A DNA stretch of 64,000 nucleotides from Longimicrobiales bacterium (lineage in GTDB: Bacteria; Gemmatimonadota; Gemmatimonadetes; Longimicrobiales; Gaopeijiaceae): assembly GCA_965249725.1 (NCBI GenBank), contig CBDFMQ010000002.1, positions 1,568,001 through 1,632,000 on the forward strand, in the 5' to 3' direction. The position numbers and the translations under genes were made by a program. Each line of letters begins with the position of its first letter. Position 1 is the stretch's first letter. Shown here piece by piece: positions 35,279-44,073 of this stretch. The notes under the pieces were generated by a model that was given only the letters and a program-made list of their open reading frames with translations, did no database searches and had not been told where the DNA came from.

Positions 35279-36167
35279 ACCACCCGCTTCGCCACTCGCC
35301 GTCGCTGTCCATCGCCTCGAGTGAGAATCCGGCGTCGGCGACAGCACCGACCATCAAGGACCACTCCTCGGCCAGAATGCCACTCAGGATCATCCACCCG
35401 TCCGGCTCGAGGGCCTGCGTGAAGCTCGCCAGCAGGGGCAGTAGGACGCCCGTCTGGATGTTGGCCAAGATCCCGTCGAAAGGCCCCTTGGCGACCACCC
35501 AGTCGGGACTCACGGAGGCCCTCTCGACCATCACACGGTCCTCAACCCCGTTGTCCGCCACGTTCTCCACGGCCGCCTCGGTGGCGTAAGGGTCCAGGTC
35601 GACCGCCAGCACCCGCGCCGCACCCAAGCGGGCCGCCGCGATGGCCAGGATCGCGGATCCGCAGCCGGCGTCCAAGGGGTTGTCTCCAGAGGAGAGTGCC
35701 CCTTCCAGCAGCCGCAAGGCGCCCCGTGTGGTCCCGTGCTCCGCTGTGCCGAAGGCCATTCCGGGGTCGATGATGACCACGACGGAGTCCTCGTCCGCGA
35801 TCTCATCGGCGTCGCTCACGCACCAGCTCGGCGAGACGATGAGTCGATCGGTGAGTTTCCGCGGACCCAGGCCTTGTTTCCAGGTGGACGCCCAGTCTTC
35901 GTGCGCTTGCCAAGCCCATTCGAGCTCCAGGTCCTCGAGGCCGGTGGCTTCCTGAAGGCTCGCCCGCACCTTCCCGAGAAACTCCTCCGGCTCGTCCGGG
36001 GGTGGAAGATGGGTGATCAGCGCACCGTCTCGCTCTTCTACCGCACGTGCGCCGAGAGCCATCAAGGGCTCGACCAGGAAGTCGGAGCCGTAGGGAGAGT
36101 TGGAGCGTACCGAGAGCATGAACCAGCGCTCGGGGACGGTCCCAGAGGGACCCTCCGGGTCACTCAT
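35232..36167 (-). CDS. prmA: Ribosomal protein L11 methyltransferase
   Basis: EDWASTWK, IDPGMAFGTAEHGTT, DAGCGSAIL, ILSGIL; downstream of dnaJ. Confidence 0.93.
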   Translation of the reverse strand: MSDPEGPSGTVPERWFMLSVRSNSPYGSDFLVEPLMALGARAVEERDGALITHLPPPDEPEEFLGKVRASLQEATGLEDLELEWAWQAHEDWASTWKQGLGPRKLTDRLIVSPSWCVSDADEIADEDSVVVIIDPGMAFGTAEHGTTRGALRLLEGALSSGDNPLDAGCGSAILAIAAARLGAARVLAVDLDPYATEAAVENVADNGVEDRVMVERASVSPDWVVAKGPFDGILANIQTGVLLPLLASFTQALEPDGWMILSGILAEEWSLMVGAVADAGFSLEAMDSDGEWRSGWFTRRCTRWCTPARGS

Positions 36168-37327
36168 GCCTGCGTGAACGCTTCCTTCACGCGCGACCAC
36201 AGGCTTCTTCGTGACTCTCCCTCGATGTGCTCGGGAGCAGGATCCTCCAGATCGCGCAGCGCCTGAAGTACCTCTTCCTGCTCGACGCTGAGACGATCCG
36301 GCGTCCACACGACGATGCGGATCAGCTGGTCCCCATTGCCTCGGCCGTTGAGTTCGGGCAGCCCACGGCCCCTGAGGCGCAGCACCTCGCCACTCTGGAT
36401 CCCGGGCGGAACGGTGAGCCGGACGCTACCGTCCACGGTCGGAACCTCCACCTCGGCCCCGAGGGCGGCTTGCGAGAAGGTGACCGGCAGCTCGTATCGC
36501 AGATGCGGTCCGTCTCTGACGAAGGGGGTATCGTCTTCGACTTCGAGCAACACGATGATGTCGCCGGCCGGCCCTCCCCGGGGCCCTTGATTGCCTTCCC
36601 CGCGCAGGGTGAGGAAGTTCTCCGACGTCACGCCGGGCGGAATCTCCACATCGATTTCTCGGTGCGTCCGGGTCCGTCCGTCGCCCTTGCACTTGGTGCA
36701 GGGCTCATCGATGACACGACCCTCTCCGGAGCAGGTCCGGCACGGTGCGACGCTGACGAACTGGCCGAACACAGAACGCTGAACGTGCCGCTCCTCTCCG
36801 GAGCCACCACACGTCGTGCAGGCAACGGGGCCTGACCCCTCGGCGGCTCCACTCCCATCGCACGTTTCGCACGACCCCAACACGGCCACTCGGAGCGTCT
36901 TGGTGACTCCCGTCGCCACTTCCAGCAGGGTCAGCGGGACCTTCATCTTGATGGTCTGTCCCTTGCGGTGCGCGCCCGAAGAACTCCTCTGGCGCCCCCC
37001 GAACAGGTCTTCCAGGCCGCCGAAGCCGCCGAAGTCCCGCATGAAGATCTCGACCGCATCCGTGAAGTCGAAGCCGCCGAAACCACCCGATCCACCTGCG
37101 CCTCTCTTGAGGCCCTGCTCACCGTAGCGGTCGTACACCGAGCGCTTTTCGGGATCTCGGAGCACCTCGTACGCCTCCGTGGCCTCCTTGAAGCGTTCCT
37201 CGGTCTCCTTGTCACCGCCCTGGTTCCGATCGGGATGGTACTTGAGCGCGAGCTTGCGGTACGCCTTCTTGACGTCGTCCGCGCCGGCGTCCCTCGGGAG
37301 TCCGAGGAGTTGGTAGTAGTCGGCCAT
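36164..37327 (-). CDS. dnaJ: Chaperone DnaJ
   Basis: J domain HPD, G/F region, four CxxCxGxG repeats. Confidence 0.98.
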   Translation of the reverse strand: MADYYQLLGLPRDAGADDVKKAYRKLALKYHPDRNQGGDKETEERFKEATEAYEVLRDPEKRSVYDRYGEQGLKRGAGGSGGFGGFDFTDAVEIFMRDFGGFGGLEDLFGGRQRSSSGAHRKGQTIKMKVPLTLLEVATGVTKTLRVAVLGSCETCDGSGAAEGSGPVACTTCGGSGEERHVQRSVFGQFVSVAPCRTCSGEGRVIDEPCTKCKGDGRTRTHREIDVEIPPGVTSENFLTLRGEGNQGPRGGPAGDIIVLLEVEDDTPFVRDGPHLRYELPVTFSQAALGAEVEVPTVDGSVRLTVPPGIQSGEVLRLRGRGLPELNGRGNGDQLIRIVVWTPDRLSVEQEEVLQALRDLEDPAPEHIEGESRRSLWSRVKEAFTQA

Positions 37328-37344
37328 GTGTGGTGTGCGCCCTA

Positions 37345-37647
37345 GAAGGCTGTTGAAGGAGTACAGTGGGCCGCGTAGGGGATGCCACGGCCCCAGATCC
37401 TAGGCGGAGCGACGACGCCATAGCCATCGCTACGGTTAGGAGCTCCAACAACGGAGATGGGGCCGTGCCACCCCAACCCACGAACATGTATGCTCATATC
37501 AACTCGGCCGTTGGGCACAGGGTGGTTGGGCGGTTGATCCGGCGTCTCTCCTCCTCGCCGTAGCTCGGCTACGACTCGTCGTCGTTCCTTGTCTGAACGC
37601 GCGCAAGCACCCTGTGCGCGACCCGCTGTACTCCTTCAAGAGCCTTC
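37345..37647. mobile_element. MITE-like non-autonomous element (303 bp)
   Basis: 22-bp TIRs GAAGGCT(G/C)TTGAAGGAGTACAG with 1 mismatch, flanked by CTA direct repeats at 37342-37344 and 37648-37650; no transposase. Confidence 0.8.
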
Positions 37648-38721
37648 CTAGACGCCGAGGACGCTGTTGACCAGCGTCGAGGTGTAATCGACGATGGCAA
37701 TGACCTTCTCGTAAGGCATCCGCGTGGGTCCGATGACCCCGATGACGCCCTTCAGCCCGCCGACCCGGTACTCCGCCGTCACGAGTGTGAAGTCGGACAG
37801 CGCCTCGGCGGCATGTTCGCCACCGATCGTGATCTGAAGTCCGCCTTGGTGCTCCCGGCTACCGAGGACCTGTGCAAGTAGCTCCCGCTGTTCGGTGAGT
37901 TCGATAAGCCCTTTCAGGCGTTCGCCGCTCGTGAACTCGGGCTGCGCCGCCAGGACGCTGGTCTGTCCGAGATGCACCGCCCCCGCCTGTGGCTGGGACC
38001 ACTCGAACAACTCAGAGCTGGACTGCATGAAGATGTTCAGCAGTTCGCCGGTCTCGGATCGCTCATCGGGCGACGAGTCTCTCAACCGCTCGGGCAACGT
38101 CTCGCGAATCTCCTTCAGCGTCAGGCCGCTCAGCCGCTCGTTCAAAACCTGGGTCACGTTGGTCAGCACGTCGGGCTGGACCTCTCCAGGCAGATCGACG
38201 TAGACGGTCCGCACGAGCCCGCTGCGAATGGTCATGACCATGAGGATCTTGGCGCTCGACACCTGGATCAGCTCGAGGTGCTCGAGAGTGGCATCGGCCA
38301 GGCTGGGAGCGACGGCCACGCCCAACTCCTGGGACAGCAGGCTGAGGGCGCGGATCGAGCGCTGAACCAACCGCTCCACCGCCGACGACCCGGAGGACTC
38401 GATCTCCTTGGCCAGGTGCTCGCGCTCCGCGTCGGTCAGCGCCGCGGGCCGCACGATCCGGTCCACATAGAAGCGGTACGCGTGGTCCGTGGGGATGCGC
38501 CCAGCCGACGTGTGCGGATGGAAGAGATACCCCTTCGTCTCCAGGTCACTCATCGTGTTCCGCACCGTAGCGGGCGACACGCCGAGCTCGAACCTCTTCG
38601 CCACCGTACGGCTCCCGGCCGGTTCGGCGAAGTCCACATACGTGCGGACCACGGCCTCGAGCACCTGACGCTCGCGGTCGGAAAGCTCCTGCCCGACGGG
38701 GTTCGTTCTCTGGAGGGTCAT
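37648..38721 (-). CDS. hrcA: Heat-inducible transcription repressor HrcA
   Basis: EPAGSR, SPATVRNTMSDLE, PHTSAGRIPT, GVIGPTRMPY. Confidence 0.97.
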   Translation of the reverse strand: MTLQRTNPVGQELSDRERQVLEAVVRTYVDFAEPAGSRTVAKRFELGVSPATVRNTMSDLETKGYLFHPHTSAGRIPTDHAYRFYVDRIVRPAALTDAEREHLAKEIESSGSSAVERLVQRSIRALSLLSQELGVAVAPSLADATLEHLELIQVSSAKILMVMTIRSGLVRTVYVDLPGEVQPDVLTNVTQVLNERLSGLTLKEIRETLPERLRDSSPDERSETGELLNIFMQSSSELFEWSQPQAGAVHLGQTSVLAAQPEFTSGERLKGLIELTEQRELLAQVLGSREHQGGLQITIGGEHAAEALSDFTLVTAEYRVGGLKGVIGVIGPTRMPYEKVIAIVDYTSTLVNSVLGV

Positions 38722-38781
38722 CTACCGGCAGATCCTTGGGACTCGTGACATCGCGTTAGAAGATCGAAGGCCCCTCCCGAC

Positions 38782-39975
38782 CTAGTCAACGGCCGATACG
38801 TCTCGGTCGAGTTCGACGGTCAGGCGATCCATGATCAGCCATCCGGCCGGCGTCAGGCGAACGGTCCCCCGCTCCTCTGTCGCGAGACCGTCTTCGATCC
38901 AGCGCCGCACTCGTTCCTTCGCGGCGTCGGGGAGTGCAACGGTGCTTACACCCCGGCGGGTGCGAAGACCCAACCAGATGCGCTCGAGCCGGACCTTGTC
39001 GGAATCGAGCTCCTCTTGATCGGCCACCGGAGGGCCATCCCCGACCGCCTCTACCCGATAGGCGTCCCAGTCCCGGAGGTTCCACCTCCGCACCGGGTGC
39101 CGGTAGCTGTGCGCCCCGTTTCCGAGCCCCAGATATGGCTCTCCCGACCAGTACACCATGTTGTGGCGTGACGCTCGCCCGGGCCGCGCGAAGTTCGAAA
39201 CCTCGTAGGCCTGATAGCCGGCAGCGATAAGACGTTCCACCGCGGTGAGGTACTCCGATTGGTACTGCTGTTCAGAGGCCACGGACTCTCGACCCTCGGC
39301 CACCGAGCGCCCCAGGGGAGTCCCGGGCTCGACGCTCAAGCCGTAGAGGCTCACATGATCGACATCGAGCCCTAAGACCTGATCGAGATCTTCCTCCAGG
39401 TCGCGGCCCAGGTGCTCCGGAAGCCCGAATATCAGGTCCACGCTGACGTCGTCGAAGCCGGCTGCCCGGGCGACGCGGACCGCTTCTCCCCCTCCGGCGG
39501 CCCCGTGCAGGCGGCCCATCCAACGCAGCGTGGCCTTGTGGAAGCTCTGGACGCCGAGGCTCACCCGATTCACACCCGCGCGCCTCCACCCCTCGGCGAC
39601 CTCACGCGTGAAGCTCTCCGGGTTCGCTTCACTCGTCCACTCGAGCTCGGCGGACTCCAGACGCGTCGCGCCCAACACGCTTCGAAGCCCTGCCATTGCC
39701 GTCGGGCCCAGGAGGGACGGAGTCCCGCCGCCTACATAGAGCGTCTCCAGATTGGCGTCGAGCACGAACTCGCCCTCCTGCTCCAAGGAACGGAGCTCCC
39801 CGCCGATCGCATCGATCCACTCTGCCGGGTCGCCCTGCGGCGCCACTTTGACCGCGAAATCGCAATAGAAGCACCGGCGCGAACAAAAGGGTGCGTGCAC
39901 ATACAGCGAACGGATGCTGCCGCCTGTCGCTACCGGCTCATCGAGTCGAACGGGGCGAAGCGCGTCGGAGCTCAT
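38782..39975 (-). CDS. hemW: Radical SAM heme chaperone HemW (HemN-like)
   Basis: YVHAPFCSRRCFYCDF, GGGTPS, YEVSNFA, HNMVYW; upstream of hrcA. Confidence 0.92.
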   Translation of the reverse strand: MSSDALRPVRLDEPVATGGSIRSLYVHAPFCSRRCFYCDFAVKVAPQGDPAEWIDAIGGELRSLEQEGEFVLDANLETLYVGGGTPSLLGPTAMAGLRSVLGATRLESAELEWTSEANPESFTREVAEGWRRAGVNRVSLGVQSFHKATLRWMGRLHGAAGGGEAVRVARAAGFDDVSVDLIFGLPEHLGRDLEEDLDQVLGLDVDHVSLYGLSVEPGTPLGRSVAEGRESVASEQQYQSEYLTAVERLIAAGYQAYEVSNFARPGRASRHNMVYWSGEPYLGLGNGAHSYRHPVRRWNLRDWDAYRVEAVGDGPPVADQEELDSDKVRLERIWLGLRTRRGVSTVALPDAAKERVRRWIEDGLATEERGTVRLTPAGWLIMDRLTVELDRDVSAVD

Positions 39976-41274
39976 TCAGGACGCCTTTCGAAAGCGCATC
40001 CCGGCTTCCTGGGCGACCCACCCCGCCACCTCGAGCTCGGTGAGTACGGCGAGTACGCTGCCCGAGTCGAGTCGGGTGAGGGCGGCCAGTTCCTCGACCC
40101 TCACGGGGCCATCCTCCATCGCACCCCATACCTGACGGGCGACCGGGGTCAGTTTGGTCGGCTCCGGCGCCTGCTCCGGCGCCCGCTCTGGCGCCCGCTT
40201 CGGCGCACGCCCTGGTCCGCCCGTTTTCGCCTGGTCTGTCTCCGCGCCTACCGACTCGGCACGCACACCCTGGCCGGGCAACTCGAGCTCTCGAGTGAAG
40301 TCTCGAACGGAGGAGATCAGGGAGGCTCCCTGTTGAAGCAGCGTGTTGCACCCGAGGCTCTGGACCGAGTCGATCGGGCCGGGCACGGCGTACACGTCGC
40401 GACCCAGATCCAGAGCGTGTTCCACCGTGATGAAGGCACCACTCCGTTCACCGGCCTCCACCACCACGATCGCACCGCCGAGAGCCGCGAGGATGCGATT
40501 CCTCCGCGGGAAGTGATAGGCCTGCGCGGGCTCTCCGGGAAGGAACTCGGAGAGAAGGAGACCGTCCCGGGCGATCCGCTGTCCCAACGCGCGGTGAGAG
40601 GACGGTTGGATCGTGTCGACTCCCGAGCCCAGTACGGCGATCGTGTCCCCCCCGGCCTCCAGCGCACCACGATGCGCGGCTCCGTCGATCCCGAGTGCAA
40701 GGCCGCTCACCACCGCGACTCCGCGCCTGCAGAGTTCGGCCGCCAGCGTCTCGGCGACCCTCCGTCCGTAGGGAGTCGAGCGGCGAGAGCCGACCACGGT
40801 CACCGTGGATCTGGACAGCAGACCGACATCGCCGCGCCCGAAGAGGAGCACCGGAGGATCGGCGAGTTGCAGCAGCCGGTCCGGATACGCGCGATCCCTC
40901 CACGTCAAAACCCACATCTCCGACGCCGAGCAACCCTTCAATGCACCCTCGACCCGCAAGTTCAGCTCGGGCGCCTTCAGGTCGGCGGTCGCCGTTCGGG
41001 AGCGCGCCTGGGCGTTGAACCGAGCGGAGGGTGCCGTCAAAGCGGCGACGCCCGACCCGAAGTGCTCCAAGATCCGCCACAGAGTGCGGGTTCCGACCCT
41101 GGGAAGGCACTGCAGTCGCATGATGGCCTCGACCTCACGCGCGCGCTCCGGAGACCAGTTCCCCGAGAAGCCGTCCTCCGCAGATCCGCCGGGACCCACG
41201 CCGGGACTCACGCCGGGACCCACGCCGGGACCCACGCCGGGCCCCACGCCGGGCCCGAACCTCAGGGAGTCCAC
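39976..41274 (-). CDS. dprA: DNA-processing protein DprA
   Basis: YPDRL...DPP, VVGSR, VSGLALGID, FPRRNRI, VEAGERSGA; start uncertain. Confidence 0.93.
   Translation of the reverse strand: MDSLRFGPGVGPGVGPGVGPGVSPGVGPGGSAEDGFSGNWSPERAREVEAIMRLQCLPRVGTRTLWRILEHFGSGVAALTAPSARFNAQARSRTATADLKAPELNLRVEGALKGCSASEMWVLTWRDRAYPDRLLQLADPPVLLFGRGDVGLLSRSTVTVVGSRRSTPYGRRVAETLAAELCRRGVAVVSGLALGIDGAAHRGALEAGGDTIAVLGSGVDTIQPSSHRALGQRIARDGLLLSEFLPGEPAQAYHFPRRNRILAALGGAIVVVEAGERSGAFITVEHALDLGRDVYAVPGPIDSVQSLGCNTLLQQGASLISSVRDFTRELELPGQGVRAESVGAETDQAKTGGPGRAPKRAPERAPEQAPEPTKLTPVARQVWGAMEDGPVRVEELAALTRLDSGSVLAVLTELEVAGWVAQEAGMRFRKAS
41187..41256. repeat. 12-bp tandem repeat, about 5.8 copies, encoding (GPGV)n
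   Basis: CGCCGGGACCCA units with minor variants. Confidence 0.92.
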
Positions 41275-42287
41275 CAGTCCTCTTCCTCCGGCCCCTCGAC
41301 CTCCTTGATCGCCTCCCGGGTCCGCTCCCAAAGGCCTTCCATCAGATCTGTGAGTCCCGTGTGGGCCACGGAAGAGATCGTGAAGGTCGCCCACGCATCC
41401 GGCGCATCGATCTCGGGAGGCGGCTCGTCCGGGCCAAGGAGGTCCGTCTTGGTGAGCACCACGCAGTGCGGTCGCTCACCCAGCTCTTCGGAGTACGCCG
41501 TAAGCTCGGCCCGCAACTCGGCATACTCGGCCTGAGGGTCGGGGGAGTCCACCGGGATGAGGAGCGCCAGAGTTCGCGTCCGCTCGATGTGGCGCAGAAA
41601 CTGAAGGCCCAGGCCCTTCCCCTCGTGGGCTCCCTCGATGATCCCGGGGATATCAGCGATAGCGAACGTCCGGAAATCAGAGAGCTCGATGACTCCGAGG
41701 TTGGGCTCGAGCGTCGTGAACGGGTAGTCCGCCACCTTCGGTCGAGCCTTGGACGAAGTCGCCAGCAGTGTCGACTTTCCGGCGTTGGGCTCACCGACGA
41801 GGCCCACGTCGGCGATCAGCTTGAGTTCGAGCTCGACCCGGCGCTCCTCTCCTTGCTCGCCCGGCTCCCATCGCACGGGAGTCTGGTTGGTCGGCGAAAC
41901 GAAGTGGACGTTGCCCCTCCCCCCCCGCCCCCCGCGAGCGACGACGAGCCGTTCCCCGGCTTCGAGCAGCTCTCCCAGCACTTCTTCCGTATCGGCATCC
42001 TTCAACACCGTGCCCGGCGGCACTCGGATGACGAGGTCCTCGCCACTCCTGCCGGTCTTGTTCTTCCCCTGGCCGTGGAGGCCCCGTTCGGCCCGGTGAT
42101 GCTGCCGATAGCGAAGGTCGAGCAGAGTCGAGAGTTGAGGATCGGCCACCATTACAACGTCCCCACCCGCTCCGCCGTCCCCTCCGGCGGGGCCGCCTCT
42201 GGGTACGCCCTTCTCGCGGCGGTAGGCCTCCGATCCGGCGCCCCCAGGCCCTCCGTACACATTGATCACAGTGCGGTCGACGAACAT
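41262..42287 (-). CDS. obgE: GTPase ObgE
   Basis: MFVD, GGDGG, GEPNAGKST, YPFTT, DIPGIIEGA. Confidence 0.97.
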   Translation of the reverse strand: MFVDRTVINVYGGPGGAGSEAYRREKGVPRGGPAGGDGGAGGDVVMVADPQLSTLLDLRYRQHHRAERGLHGQGKNKTGRSGEDLVIRVPPGTVLKDADTEEVLGELLEAGERLVVARGGRGGRGNVHFVSPTNQTPVRWEPGEQGEERRVELELKLIADVGLVGEPNAGKSTLLATSSKARPKVADYPFTTLEPNLGVIELSDFRTFAIADIPGIIEGAHEGKGLGLQFLRHIERTRTLALLIPVDSPDPQAEYAELRAELTAYSEELGERPHCVVLTKTDLLGPDEPPPEIDAPDAWATFTISSVAHTGLTDLMEGLWERTREAIKEVEGPEEEDWWTP

Positions 42288-42889
42288 CAGGCCAAGTGCC
42301 TTTCCTGGACCTTCTCCCACACCTTCATGGATCCACGACGTCCGTCCCGGTCCAGGTATGGATCGGCCTGCGTCAGCGCTTCTTCGACATCGGCGGCGGC
42401 GACCCCCACGTTGAGCGCTCCCCGGAGGTGGGAGTAGAGCTGCTTCGGAGCCCCCACCACGGCCAAGGCAGTGACGATGCAAAGCTCTCGGGTCGTCAGG
42501 GGCAGGCCGGGCCTTCCGAGGACCTTGCCGTACCCCTCGACCACCATCCACTGCTCGAGATCGGGGTGCAGGGCCCGGATCGTCTCGCGAAGCTTGCCGT
42601 AGTGCCCCGCATAAACCGAACCGCAGACCTCATGGCCCCGGTCCGCCCAGGCGCCGCAGTCCAACTCCTGCGGTTCGTCCGGTTCGGCGCCGGAGAACCT
42701 GCGCCACGCCGCCATTCCGTTCAGAGACGCCGGAAAGCCAAGGAAGAGGTAGGCCTGCAAGAGTACTTCCTCCACCTCGCCGTCTGTCGCGGTCCCACGG
42801 GCCTCCTCGAAGGCCTTCGTGAGGGCCGTCTTGTCTCTGGACGCGAGGGCAGCGCTTACGCGAACCAGGGCCCGCTCACCATCTGTCAT
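42287..42889 (-). CDS. Carboxymuconolactone decarboxylase/AhpD-fold protein
   Basis: EEVLLQAYLFLGFP; YGKVLGRPGL..RELC..QLYSHLRGALNVG. Confidence 0.85.
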   Translation of the reverse strand: MTDGERALVRVSAALASRDKTALTKAFEEARGTATDGEVEEVLLQAYLFLGFPASLNGMAAWRRFSGAEPDEPQELDCGAWADRGHEVCGSVYAGHYGKLRETIRALHPDLEQWMVVEGYGKVLGRPGLPLTTRELCIVTALAVVGAPKQLYSHLRGALNVGVAAADVEEALTQADPYLDRDGRRGSMKVWEKVQERHLA

Positions 42890-42896
42890 CCTTGCG

Positions 42897-43883
42897 TCAT
42901 CCGTGATGCTCCAACTCGAACTCCGGCCTGATGTCCCCCACTTCCACCCCACGGGTGCTGATCGTGGGTGGGGCGCGGAATCGGTCCAGGGCTTCGCTGT
43001 CGATGCCTTCCAGAGCGCCCAACTGGTCGAGAATGTGAAGGACGGCCACGGAACTGGCCCTCGTGCCCCCATCCTCCACCTTTACGGCCAGTCCCAACGA
43101 CCCATCCGTGGCGCCCACGGCGAAGACTCCCTCCGCCCCTGTCTTGCCGAACAACCGGTCGCGCGCGGCCTCACCCAGCGCGGTCCCGAAGCGGCCGGTC
43201 CCGGCGACCATGAACGGGTGAGCCGTCATGGCGTCCACGACGTCCTTCGGCGGCCCCTTCGCAGCACCCAACCTGGCGAAGCCTGATGCGAGCTGTGAGG
43301 CCGGCGTGGAGAAACACACCACCCCACAGCCGTCTTGTGCGAGTCCGATTTGCTCCTCGGGAACGCCTGTCCAGCGAACGACCTCAGCGAGCATCCGCTT
43401 CTGCACCGGATGATCCGGGCCTATGTACCCCTGCGTAGGCCACCCATGTGCCTTCGCCAGCGCCAGCATCCCTGCGTGCTTTCCCGAGCAGTTGTTGTGG
43501 ATCGGCTTCGGCAGCTCACCAGCGCGCAGAAGGTCGTACGCCGACTTCTCGTGAAACGGAAGATGTGGGCCACACTCCAGATCCTCTTCCGTGAGCGACG
43601 CCTTCTCCAGAATCGAGCGAGCCCCGCTGATATGCTCGGGCTCACTGCTGTGTGAAGCACAGCAGAGCGCCAACTCCTCGGTGGTCAAGCCGAAGCGCTC
43701 GACGATGCCGTCCTCGACCAGGGGCACAGCCTGAAAGGGCTTTGCGGCAGATCGATAGAAAACGGAATAATCGGGATCTCCGACACTGGCCGTCAGGCGC
43801 CCTGATCCGTCCACGACGGCGGCGTGTACACGGTGGACCGACTCGACGAGTCCGCCGCGGCGAACGACCACGAGAGGCCTCAT
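42897..43883 (-). CDS. L-asparaginase II (Rhizobium etli-type) family protein
   Basis: ESVH, RSAAKPFQA, ASHSSE, HNNCSGKHAG, DGCG, KTGAEG. Confidence 0.92.
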   Translation of the reverse strand: MRPLVVVRRGGLVESVHRVHAAVVDGSGRLTASVGDPDYSVFYRSAAKPFQAVPLVEDGIVERFGLTTEELALCCASHSSEPEHISGARSILEKASLTEEDLECGPHLPFHEKSAYDLLRAGELPKPIHNNCSGKHAGMLALAKAHGWPTQGYIGPDHPVQKRMLAEVVRWTGVPEEQIGLAQDGCGVVCFSTPASQLASGFARLGAAKGPPKDVVDAMTAHPFMVAGTGRFGTALGEAARDRLFGKTGAEGVFAVGATDGSLGLAVKVEDGGTRASSVAVLHILDQLGALEGIDSEALDRFRAPPTISTRGVEVGDIRPEFELEHHG

Positions 43884-44073
43884 CGGCGGTTCGACTCGCG
43901 ACTGCACCGAACATGGAAAACGAGCATGAACTCTACCGGATAGTAAGGGACGTGCGCAGGTCTCGATGGGTCGGAGGCGTCAGACCGGCGAACAGAGTTC
44001 GCCGCGGCGGGCGAACCGCACCAGGCACTGTAGGGCGACCCGCACCCGCCACTAGTGGTCCGTCACCGGTGGA

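Noticed and set aside
37212..37563. Small ORFs inside the hrcA-dnaJ spacer
   Set aside because: No recognisable motifs; better explained by the TIR-bounded element
41187..41256. CRISPR array
   Set aside because: 12-bp tandem units without spacers; no cas genes
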